64,000 nt of DNA, from contig FLMG01003832.1 of NCBI GenBank assembly GCA_900088475.1, forward strand, positions 1-64,000. The letters are read 5' to 3'. A model generated the notes under the pieces. The model did no database searches, was not told where the DNA came from, and worked only from the letters and a program-made list of their open reading frames with translations. The DNA comes from Hyphochytrium catenoides. Lineage: Eukaryota; Protista; Hyphochytriomycota. The translations under genes were made by a program, and so were the position numbers. Each line of letters starts with the position of its first letter. The stretch's first letter is position 1. Shown here piece after piece: positions 35,980-49,124 of the stretch.

Positions 35980-36520
35980 AGAGGAGAAAAAGGGAAGGTT
36001 TTCTCTCTCATATGATCGATGAGGAAGATGATCTCCCCCGCGTCCTCCTCCTCGCTGTCCTCACAGCTCCCGCTTCCTGTTGATCCTTCTCTCCCCACCG
36101 CCCTCAGTGGCCGCGGGGTGATGATGGAGCTGCTTCCTTCCTTCTTTTTTCTCTTTCTGGCCTACGACGAGTTGTCGCTGTCGCTCTTGTTCCTCTTCTG
36201 GTTCGTATCACTGTTCCCATATCTTCCTTTTCTCCTCCTTTTCCTCTAGCTACGGCCGCCTGGCTCCTATATAAACTCCTCCTGTTGCTGTTTTTTAAAG
36301 AGGAGAATCAAGAGAATGTCTTCTCTCCCATATGATCGGTTAGGAAAATGATCTCCCCGCGTCCTCCTCGCTGTCTCCTTCCTGTCGAACCTCCCCGACC
36401 CGCCCTCAATGGCCGCGGGGTGATGATGGAGCTGCTTCCTTCCTCTTTTTTTTTTCTCTTTCTGGCCTACTAACTTTCGCTCTTGTTCCTCTTCTCTTTC
36501 ATAGTACGTTTCTTCCATAT
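35980..36520 (-). repeat. Dispersed repeat family B, two tandem copies (~320-bp period), homologous to 22190-22310 (+)
   Basis: Both local copies share CATATGATCG...ATGATCTCCCC and TGGCCGCGGGGTGATGATGGAGCTGCTTCCTTCC. The reverse complement AGAAGAGGAACAAGAGCGACA..ACTCGTCGTAGGCCAGAAAGAGAAA matches 22190-22235. Confidence 0.8.
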
Positions 36521-36773
36521 TTTCTTTATATAACCGTAGTCCACGAGTTCACTCCTTGATGATTGTTCGTTAGTAAAAGGCCATTTCATCTTTATAAAAA
36601 AGAGGAAAGGATATTCGCAATCGATACAAAGGAACAGGTGACTAAGAAGGAAGAGAGAAGAAGAAGAAGTAAAAGGAAGAAGAAGAGAGACATCTACTGA
36701 CTACGGAGGGGGAAGGGATAAAATCAGAGAAAGAAGAAAAAGAGAGAAAGGGGGAGAATTGTACGTTTTCTAT

Positions 36774-39700
36774 TTATGATTTTATGGGCAAGTCTATTGG
36801 TTCTGAGGGAAGAGGTGTGACCATTGCCTTTCCACTACCACTATTTCTTCTCTGTTTTCTCTTCTCTCCTCCTCCCTGCGTATCTTCTCTCCTGGTGGCC
36901 ACTTTCTCTTTCTCTCTTTCTCTCTTCTCCTCCTCGTTAATCATCTCGTCTCCGTGCTGTCTTCCCGAGACCGGTCTCTCTTCTCTTCTTCCTCTTTCTT
37001 TCTCTTCCTTTTCTCTCTCTTCTCTCTCTCCCATCCGGACTATTTTCACTCTTGACCTCAACATCACGCAATTCTGCGGATATTTGAACGCAATAAAAAC
37101 AATTCTCCAGATCAATAAACAGAAATTCAAACCGCGATTCATGAAGAAGCTCCAGACCGAGAGAGAAGAAGAGGACGATGGGACAGAAGAAGAAGAGAGC
37201 GTGTCTCTCTCTTCTTCCGCTCTTCCTCTTCCTCGTATAAGCCCGTCTTTAAAGCTGAATCTGTCATAGCAGATGCTTCCTGGGTAGAGAAAGCCGAAAT
37301 CCACGAGAAAGATTCCGATGGTGAAGAGAAAGGCTGAGGCGGTGTAGAGAATCCTTGCTTGCTCGGCTCCTCGCCTGAAAAGTAGAGGGAGAGAAAGAGA
37401 AGAAAGAGAGAAGAGAGAGAGCGGAGAGTGAGAAGAAAGGAGAGAAAGAGGCATTAATGAGCCACAGAGGAAAGAAGCAAAAGTAAGAGAGAGAAAGGAA
37501 AGAAAAGAGAGCAAATTAACCATGAGACCGGCAAGAATAAGCATCAAAGACTAAGCCAGAGACAAGAGACAAGGCGCAAGAGCAGGAGGGAAGGGGAGAG
37601 GTATACAGAGTAAGGACAGCATCATAGCCCCAACCAAAGATAGAGAAGTGGAGAGACAGAGAGAGAGAGAGAGAGGAGTGGGAAAAGGAACAATCAAAGA
37701 GAAATAAAAAATGAGAACCTTAGTCTCAGAAAGAGGGGAAGACACATCAAGGACCAAACAGAGGTAAAGGAAGGAAGACGAGGCAAAGAAAGAGAGAGCA
37801 GGGAACAACTTCAGAGAAGCAGAAAGAAAGAGAGAGAGAGAGAGATGGGGCTGTGGGTCAGGAGGAACCTTTACCTTGGCAATGAGTCGCAGAAGAGAAA
37901 GGGAAGACAAATGAAGAAAGTGGAGAGAAGAATCAGAATGGCTGACGCACGGAGACAGAGAAGAACCGAGAGAGCCCACATGCCGAAGCATACCTGCAAA
38001 TTTGAAAAAGGGGAGAGAGAGAGAGAGGGAGAGAGCGAGAGAGAGAGAGAGAGAGAGACGTTGTTGAGAGACCGACGGCAAATTAATAAGACACTGATGA
38101 GGAAGAAGCATAGCACATAGGTGAGAAGTAAGGGGCTGGCAAGGGAATTAGAAGAGAGAGCACAAAGAAGATAGGAAGATGAGATTCAAATAGATTCAGG
38201 AGAAAAGAAGGCAAGAGAAAGAACGTTCAAGAAGATGATGGTATATTAGAAGAGGATGATATGTACTTCAAAAAGAGAGAGAGAAAGAAAGAGAGAGAAA
38301 TACAGAGACAAAGTAAAAGAAAGAGAACGAAAAGAGAGACGGAAAAAAGAGAGAGAAAGAGCGCATCATGGCCCACCCTCTTTCCATAATACCTCAGCAA
38401 GGAGTATCCACGTATCAAAGCACTGCAGCGCTTTCTTGGCGAGATAAAAATTCATAATAGAAGTCAGGTCTAAAGTGAAGAGAGAGACGAAGAAGAAATG
38501 GAGAGACGAGAGACAGAGGAAAAGAGGAGATGTGGGGGAGAAAAGTGCGGAACAGAGAAAGACTAAGAAATAAAGTAAAAGGATGAGCGCTCCAGTGTGC
38601 ACAGTGAGCCGGTTCCAATATTTTCTCCGCACGCGCTTGTACCGGACGGTGAAGGGAGAACCGAGGACCTTGGACATCACGGTGGAGAGAGAATGTTCCG
38701 GAGAGAGGACAGAGAGAGAGAGAACCGGAGAGAGAAACCGCTGAGAATGAGGAGGACGAGGGGGCGAAGGAGGGCAGAGTGAAGGAGGAGAAGGAGGAGG
38801 AGAAGTGCCGGGTGGAGGAAGAGAAGAGGAGGGAGAGGAGGCAGAGAGAGAAAAGAAAGAGAGCGAGAGCGGAAAATGGAGAGAGAGAGTTGAGGAAGCT
38901 GAGACACGGATGGAAGTGATCCCAGCAATCTCTTCTTCCTCTGCTCTCTTCTCTTCCTGCAGCTGCTGCTTGACGGTATTTGAGGAGGGGAGAGAGGAGG
39001 GAGACGGAGGGAGACAGAGAGCTTCTATATCGTCCTCCATTTCCTCCCTTTCTCCTGTCTTTTCTCCTTTTTTTCTCACTCCTGCAGGTTGGCTCTCTCT
39101 CTTTATTACCTGGCAGAGGTGTACTGCTCCTTCTTTTCTTTCTTCCTCCTTTCCTGTTGCCACTTTGCTCTCGGCATTGTCCTCTTTTGGTCCGTGTATT
39201 TCACTTTTTTTCCGGAGTTGTTCCCTCTCCTCTTCTGCTTTTCTCTCTCCCTCTTCTGTTTCCTTCTTCTTCACCAGAACCTTCTTTCTCCCTTCTCCCT
39301 TTCCTGCTTTCTTCTTTTTCTTCTTTTCCTTGCGTTCTGCACTTTTGCGTCTTCTCTCTTCCGTCCTTTTCTCTCTCTTCTGTTCCACTGTCTTGATCTC
39401 TCTCTCGTCTTCATTTTCCTCTCTCCTGCTCCTTCTCTCTCCTCCTCCTCCTCCTGCATCTTCTCTCTTACTCCTCCGCTGCTGCACTTGCGAGGATAAT
39501 GATTCGTAGTCCTTCTTTGGCATCTCTGTCAAGCGAAGCCTTACTTTATATACTGCGAGCTCGGCCGGGCGAAGCCATTTGGAGATTCCGAGCCTACAGA
39601 GAAAAGCATGATAACAGAAGGCGAGGAGATGATAAGAAAAGACTTCAGGGAACCAGGCGCTTCTTTTTCTCTCTTGGTTCTCTCTCTCTCCCCTCTCTTC

Positions 39701-42007
39701 TTTCTCCCTAATTGTGTTAACAAAGAAAGCTCTCTGTCACCAGGAATAATCCAAGATAGCACCTTCTATTTTCTCTCTCTCTCCTCTCTGCTGGCTTTCT
39801 CTTTTCTTGTTGTCTTCTTTATCGCTTCTTTTTCTTGGACATAATATTTGTTCCCCGGGTTATTTCTTCCTCTAAAAAAAGAGAAAAAGTCCTTGACAGC
39901 CTCTCTCCCTCGCTCTCTCTCTCTCTCTCCTTTTCGCCAACGCCTTCTCTTCCTCTTCTTCTCTTCTTACCACGCACCTGATAATGAAAATGCTCAGGGT
40001 AATGCCTCTATTCGAGGCAAGCTCCACGACAGAGTAGGTATGGTAGACAGGACACTGCAGTCGCGAGATATCTGCTCTGTCTCGTCTCAGGAGAAGAAGA
40101 GAGAAACCGATGAAGCCCGTGGCACCCCCCAGGATCGAGATGAGCTGAATCATCTTCGAGGCCATCGAAGGGAGAGAATCAGAGAAAAGAACCATAATCG
40201 TGGAATAAACAGTTATCACAGCCATCAGCCATCCTCCAGGAGCAAAGCAGGCGCCCATCAAGAGAGAGACTGCGAGAAACGTGGCCTTTTTGGTGGAAGA
40301 AAGAGGTTGAGAGAGAAGAAGAGAGAGAGAAATAGAAAGAGAGAGAAAAAGAGAGAGAAAGAGAAAGAGTGGGGGAGAGGGAGAGAAAGAAGGGAGAAAA
40401 AGAGAGCAAGACCGAAAGAGAGAGAGAATGCGAGAGAGAAAGAAAGAGAGAGAGAGAAATGAAAGAGAGAGAGAAGAATGCGAGAAATAAAAAGAGTGAG
40501 AGAATAGGAAAGAGAGAGAGAAAGAGAAAGCAAAAAAGAGAGAGAGAGAGAGAGAAGAAAGAGAGTGGAATAAAAAGAGATGGGTAGAAAAGATTGTTAA
40601 AGATAATAAAAGAAGAGAGAGGGGCAACAATAAGAGAGAAGGAGAGATTGAGAGACAGAGGAGGGCGGCAACGAGATGATGTTAGCAGCAGAATAATGTG
40701 CTCCACCTGAGAGACATGCAGGGAAGTAGTAGAATGAACAATGAGGGAGAGAAGCTAAGAAAGAGAGAAGGACGAGAGTTGGGAGAGAACTCTGACATAC
40801 GAGGGAAAGGAGAGAAGAAGGAAGAATATGTTCTATATGAAGAACAAGAACAAAGAGGGAGAACAAGAGAGTAACTAAAAAAGAGAGCAAGGAAGAGACA
40901 GAAAAGAAAGAAGAAGAACCGAGAAGAGAGAAAGGGTCAAGAGAGAGAGAGGGATCAAAAGCAAAGACGGCGAATAAACGTCAGAAAAATAGCAAGGAAG
41001 AGTAGTATGTAGAAAATGGAAGAAGAAAGAGAAGCAACGATATGAGAAAAGAGAGCCAGAGAGAGGAAGATACTATGAAAGAGAGATAAGTAGATGAAAA
41101 AGGAGAGACAAAAGAAATGTAGGCTAAGAAAGAGAGGGACGAGAGAGAGAGAGGGAGAAACGGCATCCACCTGTCCCAGCATCATCCACGTGTCTGCGAA
41201 GCGACAGAGTTTGAGTGCGATATCGCAGTTTGCCATTGAAACATTTAGAAGGAAAGAGAGAGAGATAATCAGCGCGGTTCCCAGGTACCATCCCTCTCCC
41301 TCTCCCACGAGAGAAACAAAGGGATAGACAGAGAGAGACGCCGCACAGAAGAAGTGACACAAGAAGCCCAAGTGTCCGAGTCCTCGGCGTCTGCAAAAAA
41401 ATAAAAGAAAGAAAGAGAGAGAGAGAGAAAGAGAGAGAGACAAAAAGAATGAGAGTGCGCGGTGGTGGAGGGAGAGAGACAGAGAGGGAAGGGGAGTTAA
41501 CAGGAAAAAAAGAACCAAGAAGAGGAAACATTAGAAACAGAGAGAGAGAGAGCTCAACAAGAGAGGAGATAGATCAAGAGGAGAGGAGATAGATAGGAAA
41601 AATAAACCAGAGAGAGAGAGAGAGAGAGAGGAGACTGTCACCGGGCAACGGGGGGCGAAGAAGCGGGAGGAATAGTAGTAGACAAGATGGACGATTAGTA
41701 AATCAAAGAAGGAGAAGACAGAAGAGAGAGAGACAGAGAAGAGAAGAGAAAGAAGAAGGAAAGTCGGTCATATATAAGGGCAAATAGAGAGAAATCACCC
41801 GAAGGATGTCAAAGAAATAAACCAAGAGAAGAGCAGCTGATGCGTTGAAGAGAGAGAAGGACAATAATAAAGAAAGAAGGAAGGACAGGTGGAGAGACAA
41901 AAGTAAGTCACCCTCGAAGAACAATGAGAGAGACGGGAAAGAACGTAAGAAAAGAAAAAAGTTAGACAGAAGGAGAGAGGAAAAGAGGAGAGAGGGAGAT
42001 AGGAAGA

Positions 42008-42053
<46 letters not shown>

Positions 42054-42108
42054 AGGAGGAGACCTGATCCATTTGAATTTCTGAGAGAATTCATGTCCGC
42101 AGAGTCTG
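36774..42108 (-). CDS. Multi-pass membrane protein with two homologous TM modules, 5' incomplete (exons: <42108-42064, 41390-41171, 40285-39978, 39593-38393, 37993-37875, 37374-36774)
   Basis: Junctions are phase-consistent GT..AG. Module 1 (LCGHEFSQKFKWIRRR...NCDIALKLCRFADTWMMLGQ...FSDSLP...NRGITLSIFIIR..P) parallels module 2 (VLGSPFTVRYKRVRRK...NFYLAKKALQCFDTWILLAE...FCDSLP...NRGLNFCLLIWR..P). The upstream exon runs into the N-gap at 42109-42210, and further exons are possible to ~42860. Confidence 0.75.
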
Positions 42109-42731
42109 NNNNNNNNNNNNNNNNNNNNNNNNNNNNNNNNNNNNNNNNNNNNNNNNNNNNNNNNNNNNNNNNNNNNNNNNNNNNNNNNNNNNNNNNNNNN
42201 NNNNNNNNNNTCTTTCTCTCTCTCTCTCCCTTTTCTGCCCTTCCTTTTTTGCCTGTGAGGGTGAGAAAGGATAGCAAGATGATGAGAGACCGACGAAGAA
42301 GGTTACGGAATATGGGAAGGAAGAGAGAAGAGGGGAGGGAGAAAGAGAGAGAGAGACTTGAGACGCAAGAAGGCGCGACAACACCAGAAATAAACAATCA
42401 AACAGAGAGAGGAAGAGCAAAGAAAAAAGAAAGAGATTGGAAGAGCAAACAGGAAGAGAGGTGTGAGGAGGCAGGGAGAGAGAGAGAAGAAGGACATGAA
42501 GAGAAGAAAGAGACGAGATTGAAAAGAGGAGAATGATAGGTCGGAGGAGAGAGAATCATCACAGAAAGAGGGAGAGAGAGAGAGCAAAAGCTAGAAGGGA
42601 AGCGCGCGAAGGGAGAACTGAAAGAAGTCGCAAAGCAACTCCAGAGGCAGGAAAGAGAGAGAAGAGGGAGAGACAAGAAGAGGAGAAAGATGATCGGTTC
42701 CTACCGGAGGAAGCAGAAGACTGGTGATGCC

Positions 42732-42768
<37 letters not shown>

Positions 42769-43390
42769 GTCTGTCTCTGTCTCTGTCTCTCTCTCTCTGT
42801 TTGTCTCTTCCTCTTCTCCCTCAGAAGCCCAGAAGATACGAGCCGAGACAGGAACAGACACAGGAGAGAGAAGAAAAGAAAGAGAAAGGAGAAAGCGATT
42901 TCATATTTGAGGGAGAGAGAGAGAGAAAAAAGAGTTCGAAACAAGAGACAAGCGGCAGAAGAGAAAGAGAACAAAGAGAGAAAGGGAAAGAGAAGTAGAA
43001 GATAACGTGGCGAAGAGATCTCTGGTTTGCAGAGAAAAGGTACTGGCGACTAGAGGAGAGAGAGAGAGAGAAAAAGAAAACAACCCAGAAAGTTAAGAAA
43101 GGGAGTACAGAGAGTGACAAGTTGCGGCCGCCACAGAGAGAGAAGAAAAAAGAGATGAAAATGCTGACTTCATCGCAGGGCAGAAAAGATACTGAGAGAA
43201 GCCAAAAGAGAGAGAGGGGGGGAGTAGTGCCGCGAGGAGGAGAGAAAGGAGAAGAGAGCAGAGACTGAGAAAGAGTACGAGTTCGTACGACTGTAAGAGA
43301 AGAGAGAGTTACACAAGGGAAAAGAGGCGACGGGGAGAGAGACAAGGAAAGAGAGAGCGGGAGCCCAATTGTACGACCGACGGAAAGAGA

Positions 43391-43421
<31 letters not shown>

Positions 43422-44128
43422 CGATGTCAGCGGTAGAAGACGACGACAGCCAAGAGCAATCAGCTGTGCACCGTGATGAAAGAAGAGGAGGTAACAGCCA
43501 GAAGCGCCGCCAACTGTTGTCCACCTTTACCGATCTCTCTCTTTCTCTCTCTCTTATTATCCTGTCCCTATACAGAAACAGAGTCAAAGGTCAGAGGGCA
43601 CTGTTGATAGAGAAGCGGGAAGCGAGCAACAGACTCGAGGGGAAATAGCACACGGAATGGGAGAATAAAGTGAGCAGGAGAGAGAAGTGAGAGAGAGAAA
43701 GAGAGAGAGAGCGAGAGAGAAGAGAGAGAGAGANNNNNNNNNNNNNNNNNNNNNNNNNNCTCCTTATTTTGCAATCCACTGCAGACCCACCCGCTCTTGG
43801 TGGCCCTCCTTTACCTGGATCTACATCTGGGTCTTCCGATAACCAGCTAACCTTTGAGACCCATGTTAAAAATGTCTTTACCCAGGTCTAAGTTGAAAGA
43901 TTCCTAAAAGCTATAGAAGATTCAGTGCGTAGGGGACGTAGCACTAGATTGTGAAAGATTCTACTTTGTGTAATAGACGGCAACATCAAAGGTTTCAATA
44001 TGGGTTCCTGCGTTACATTGTTCATAGAAGATGATCGGTATCAGAACATTTCCTGTCTCTCCTCTCTCTCTCTCGTCTCCCTTTCATCTTCCAGCCTCTC
44101 CTACTCCTATCTCTATTTCTTCCTCTCT

Positions 44129-44388
44129 CTCCCCCTTCCCTCAATGTCACCCTTCTCTTTCGTCTCTCTCTTTGTCTTGTTGTCTTGTTGTTCTCTCCCT
44201 CTCTCTTCTTTCTGCTCCCCTTATTATGCATGGGGTCTTTGTCCTAAAGGGAAGTGCACTCTCCCCCTTCCCTCAATATCACCAAATCTCCTTCTCTCTC
44301 GTCTCTTTGTCTTGTTGTTCTCTTTCTCTCTCTCTTCTTTCTGTTTCCTTATTATGCATGGGGTCTTTGTCCTATAAGCGAAGTGCAG
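44129..44388. repeat. Tandem duplication, ~130 bp x2
   Basis: CTCCCCCTTCCCTCAAT..CACC...TTATTATGCATGGGGTCTTTGTCCTA...GAAGTGCA occurs twice. Confidence 0.85.
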
Positions 44389-44802
44389 AGGGAAGAGGAA
44401 GTCCGTCCGATCTCATCTCTTTGACATAGTCTTCACCATACAAGGTAGAAAGAAGAGAGAGACGCGTTTTGGCTTCTCCTCTCGTGTCATGCTTGGGCCA
44501 TTGCTTCAGTAAAAAAGACTTAGAGAGCATGGGAGAGAGGAAGAAGCGGTGGAGAAAGGAAGAGAAAACGAAACGATGACTTCCTATTTATCAATCTGTA
44601 AGGATAATAACTAACTTCAGCTTCTTCTCTTTGCGAGTATCATGACATGACATGACAAGCAAGAGCCTTCTCTCTTTTCCTCTGTCTCTGAAAGTACTCG
44701 CAGAGAAGGCCTGAATATGTACGAGAAAGTGATGTAACGCAGAGAGGGAGAGAGAGAAGAACGAAGACAGTCTCCTGATCTCCATAAAACGAGGCTGGTT
44801 CC

Positions 44803-45585
44803 TTATTGCTTTGCGCCGCATTGGTTGCAAAAGACAACTCCAGGCATCACGGGCCCAGCGCCACAGTTTGCACAATTCTTTGCCGGCGCCTGCATTTGTT
44901 GCTGCGGCTGAGGAGGCTGCTGTTGGACAGGAACAGGTGGAGCATTGTACTGCTGAACTTGCTCTTGCGGAGGAAGAGGAACAGGAGGCTGTCCTCCTGC
45001 AGGGACGCCCGCCTCCATATAGTGATAGCCCTGCTCTCCTCCCTCAGGCGTGTACACAGGCGTTGCAACTCCTGCTCCATGTGTCTGCGCACCGGCAGCA
45101 GCGGAGAGAGAGGCCTTGTACATCTTATAGCCAGTCAAAAGTGCCGCAGCCAGCGCGGTGAAGGCCGTAAGAAAGCCAAAAGCAATGGCAGTGCGCATGA
45201 CATCGCACTTAAATCCATAGGACTTTAGCACATCCTTACCATAACTCGATCCGCACGCACCATCGCCGTTGATATCCGCACCTGCGGCCACCGACGCTGT
45301 GATCAAAAGCATCAAAAAGATCGCACCATCAAACAGCAGTGCAAATCCAGGATGGATCTTGGGTACATTCATAACATTGAACGCTACAACCCATCCGGTC
45401 AGGAATACGAAGCAAATGACGCCCAGGGCTAACAGTCCGACAAGTGCACTGACTTCATCTTCAAAACCATAATCATTGGCCTTTTGAAACCCACTTCCTG
45501 CCGCTGTGGCGAAGGTGATGAGAGAGAAAAGAATGGCAATGCCATGAAGAATCAGATCGTCCGTAAGGGCAATCTTTCCTGCCAT
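44803..45585 (-). CDS. MARVEL/CASP-like 4-TM membrane protein with Pro/Gln-rich tail and C-terminal zinc ribbon, 260 aa, intronless
   Basis: Four hydrophobic helices, with FD in TM3, an extracellular Cys pair and C....TAIAFGFL in TM4 (MARVEL-like). The protein ends in CANC-x11-CNQCG. Confidence 0.8.
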   Translation of the reverse strand: MAGKIALTDDLILHGIAILFSLITFATAAGSGFQKANDYGFEDEVSALVGLLALGVICFVFLTGWVVAFNVMNVPKIHPGFALLFDGAIFLMLLITASVAAGADINGDGACGSSYGKDVLKSYGFKCDVMRTAIAFGFLTAFTALAAALLTGYKMYKASLSAAAGAQTHGAGVATPVYTPEGGEQGYHYMEAGVPAGGQPPVPLPPQEQVQQYNAPPVPVQQQPPQPQQQMQAPAKNCANCGAGPVMPGVVFCNQCGAKQ

Positions 45586-46395
45586 CTTTCCCGATAGAGA
45601 GAGAGAGAGAGAAGTATATTGGGTTTCTCTTTGACTAGTGGAACTTGGCGGGGAAGAGAGAGGATTTTAAGCACTGACAGAGAGAGAGAGAGGTGATGAG
45701 TCTTTCCTGCTTTCTTCACTTTGTCTGTAGGCTTGCGCACTTGGAAGCAAAAGCTTAAATGACAGACCGTGGAAAGAAAAGAGGAGGAGACAGAGAGAAG
45801 AAGAAAGAGATGGAAGAGAGGGAGACAGGCCACCACAGGGCACAGTCGTGGAAAGGAAGAGAGGAAGAGACAGAGCGTGGAAGGTAGGAGCATTGATGGA
45901 GACAAGCGACAAATGACACACATTCTTTATCTCTTGCGTCTCTTAGCACTTTCTTTTGGACCTGACTGGTCTGATGGCGTCTGTGTAGCTGGTGCTTCCT
46001 GAGATCTTTTCTGCATCCCTCCTCACCGCCACCTGACTCTTTCTCTCTCTCTCTCTCTCTCTCACTCAGCTTTCTCTCTGATCTCCCCCAGCTTGCTCTC
46101 TCTGTGTTGCTCTCTCTCTCAGGCTAGCTGTTTCCTGAGGCTAGCTGTTTCCTGAGTTGGCTCTAGAAAATTTAATGTGGATGGAGTCAGGATGGAGGGC
46201 TGATAGTGGTCAAGCGAGAGGGAGAGAAAAAGATTAGGAGAGAACAGAAAAGAGAGAAACTATAGAGTGGGGCGCACCATGACGAGATCAGGGCAAACAA
46301 CATGGAGACATAGTCCAAAGACAAAAGAGAGAAGAAAAGGCCGTTCCCAAGTACCTGAGAAAGAGAGAAAAGATACAAGAGATAGGTATACAGAC

Positions 46396-46452
<57 letters not shown>

Positions 46453-47369
46453 AAGAGAGAGAGAGACAGCTCTGTCTCAGGGAAGGGTCGGATACAAGGT
46501 GCCACTCGCAGTTTTTGCAGCTGTCAAACCTGAGAACCCGTCTTTGAAGCTTTCAGAGACCTGAAAGATATCTTTTTAAGGCCTCTATGATAAGTCGTTA
46601 TAAATTACTCCGTATATCTTTGAAATCATCTCTTGAAAGTAACCCATATTATCCGAATTCTGACGTCCTTGTTGGAATGATTTGACTCAAGGCTGACTCT
46701 GTGGCCTGACCCATTGTTGACCCATTACTGTTCTTAGCGTACTGATTGGTTATTCCACGGCACTGGGTAATATGGGTGTTATGGGTCGGATCGAACATAG
46801 CCGATTCTAATCGGTGCCACCTCTGGGGTTTGTGTTGTAATTGTGGACCCCCTCTCCTCCTGTTCCTTCTTTGGATTGTGGGTTGGGGGGACAGTGACAA
46901 GGGAACAACAGTACATACAACTTACTCCTGTCTGTGTCTCTCCATTATCTGTCTTGCTGACGCTGGGGGGATGTTAATGTTTGTTGTATTGGATCATGAA
47001 GATTCTTGTATCTCTTGGATGGCTCTGTCTTGTGTAATTCTTGTGCGGTTTTTTCCTGAACTGTTGGGGCCACATCTCTTTCACTCTGTCTCTTCTTGGT
47101 GGGGAAAAATTGCTATATTCTCTAACGTCTGATGGATTTCTTGCATCTCTGGCTGACTCTGTCTCGTGTCTGTTATTTATCAACTTCAACATTCCAGGTG
47201 GATTGTGGATCATGGCTCGTTGTGAAGGCCAAACAGAGAGGAGATCTGTCGAGACAGATAGAAAGCGAGATACATAATCAGGTGTATTAAAGAGGCAGAG
47301 TCATAGACAGAGTAAAACTACTTTCCAGAAGATTGAACAGAGAAAGAACAGGGACAACAAGGAAAAAAC

Positions 47370-47404
<35 letters not shown>

Positions 47405-47675
47405 AAGAGAGAGAGAAAAAGAGAGAGTATCCGCTCCATTTATTTGGTGGTAAATGAGGACGACGGAATGAGACAGAGAGAGAAAAGATATCCTAAGAAA
47501 GTGGGAGAGATGAGGCAAAAAGGCAGCAAAAGGAACAAGAGAAACAGACAAAACCAGGGAAGAAAGAGAGGAGAGAGAGAGAGACATCAAGAGACAGAGA
47601 GAGCTCAAGATTTCGACGACCAGGGTTCTCTTTATGTCGCGGTTTGAGAGCCTCGCCGCTTCAACTCTGCGGCGA

Positions 47676-47945
47676 CACACACTTTCTCTTTCGAGGCAGC
47701 TTTCTCCACATAGTGTTGAGAGGAAGGGTGGCGGCGGAGAGAGAGAACAAGAGAGAGAGAGAGACGACACACACTTTCTCTTTCGAGGCAGATTTCTCCA
47801 CATAGTGTTGAGAGGAAGGGTGGCGGCGGAGAGAGAGAACAAGAGAGAGAGAGAGACGACGCACACTTTCTCTTTCGAGGCAGCTTACTCCACATAGTGT
47901 TGAGAGGAAGGGTGGCGGCGCAGAGAGAGAGAGAACAAGAGAGAG
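47676..47945. repeat. ~90-bp tandem repeat x3, with decayed copies near 48001 and 48160
   Basis: CACACTTTCTCTTTCGAGGCAG.TT.CTCCACATAGTGTTGAGAGGAAGGGTGGCGGCG.AGAGAG is repeated. Confidence 0.9.
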
Positions 47946-48421
47946 AGAGAGTGAAAGAGAGAGAGAGAAAGAGAGAGAAAGAGAGAGAATCTCTTTCCAC
48001 GCAGCTTCTATAGATATTTTGGTTAGCAATGAGATGGAGGAAGCTGCGGAGAGAAGAGGAGAGACATTAGAAGAGAGAGAGAGCAAAGAGAGAGAGAGAA
48101 GAAGAAGAGAGGGAGAGCAAGAGAGAGAGAGAGAGAAAAAAGCAGAGAATCTGTTGTCGTCGAGGCAGCTTTCTATAGATATGTGGCTAGTATGGAAAGA
48201 GGAGAGAGACATAACAAGAGAGAGAGAACGAGAGAGAGAAATAAGAGAGAGAGAGAACACAGAAGAGAGAGAGAGAGAAAGAGAGAGAACCAAAACATGC
48301 TTGATGGGATGGGGATAGGGAAGCATAATCCCTCGACAGCCTTGCATCGAGGAGAAGAGAAGGAGATGCGTGGCTGCCTGCTTTCTCTCTGACCAATGAA
48401 GAGAGTCCGTTCCGGCCAGAG

Positions 48422-48457
<36 letters not shown>

Positions 48458-49093
48458 CACATAAGAAGGAGAGAGAGAGAGAGGATATAAGAGAGAGAGA
48501 GAGGATATACAAGAGAGAGAGTGAGAGAGAGAGCACGAGACAGAGAGCGAGAGAGAAGGAGGATTCGCTCTATGGGTTGCACAGAATAAAAAGGTTGCAC
48601 GCGAGGTAGAGCCGTAGTCTCTCTTGCCCATCTGCTGCGTCAAAGCTTTGCATTCTTAGGCTTTATAGCACTTAACGAAGAGATGAGTTCACCAGTCTAC
48701 GAGTGGCTCCCACGGAAGAGGAAAGAAGAGGAGATTTCCTCTTTCTCGCTCTCTTTTCTTCTTCTTCTTCGCCCACTTTCTCTCTTCTACTACGTTCGCT
48801 CCTTTTTAAGAGAAGTATTGTTCCGCTGTTCTACTCTTTCTCTCCTCTTCTTCTCTGTCTCTCTCTCCCCCTTTCTCTCGTCTCTCCTTTTCTCAGGTCA
48901 ATCAGGAGATCGCTGATTAGGAGACTTCTCTCTCTCTCTTGCATCCACTGTCCTCCACATACACGCTTTCTCTTTCTCTCTCTCTCTCTCTTCTCACCCT
49001 CTCCGTCTCTCTCCGTTGCCTGCTGCTTTCCTACCAACAAGGAGGCCAGAGAAAGAGAGACAGATGAGAAAGCAGAGCATGATAAGAGAAAAC

Positions 49094-49124
<31 letters not shown>

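Noticed and set aside
46121-46154. 17-bp direct repeat AGGCTAGCTGTTTCCTG x2 (similar 14-bp duplication near 56321-56349)
   Set aside because: These are simple adjacent micro-duplications with no evidence of regulatory function.
46510-47300. LINE endonuclease remnant (ITQCRGI, FQE)
   Set aside because: The motif resemblance is too weak and the pieces lie in different frames.
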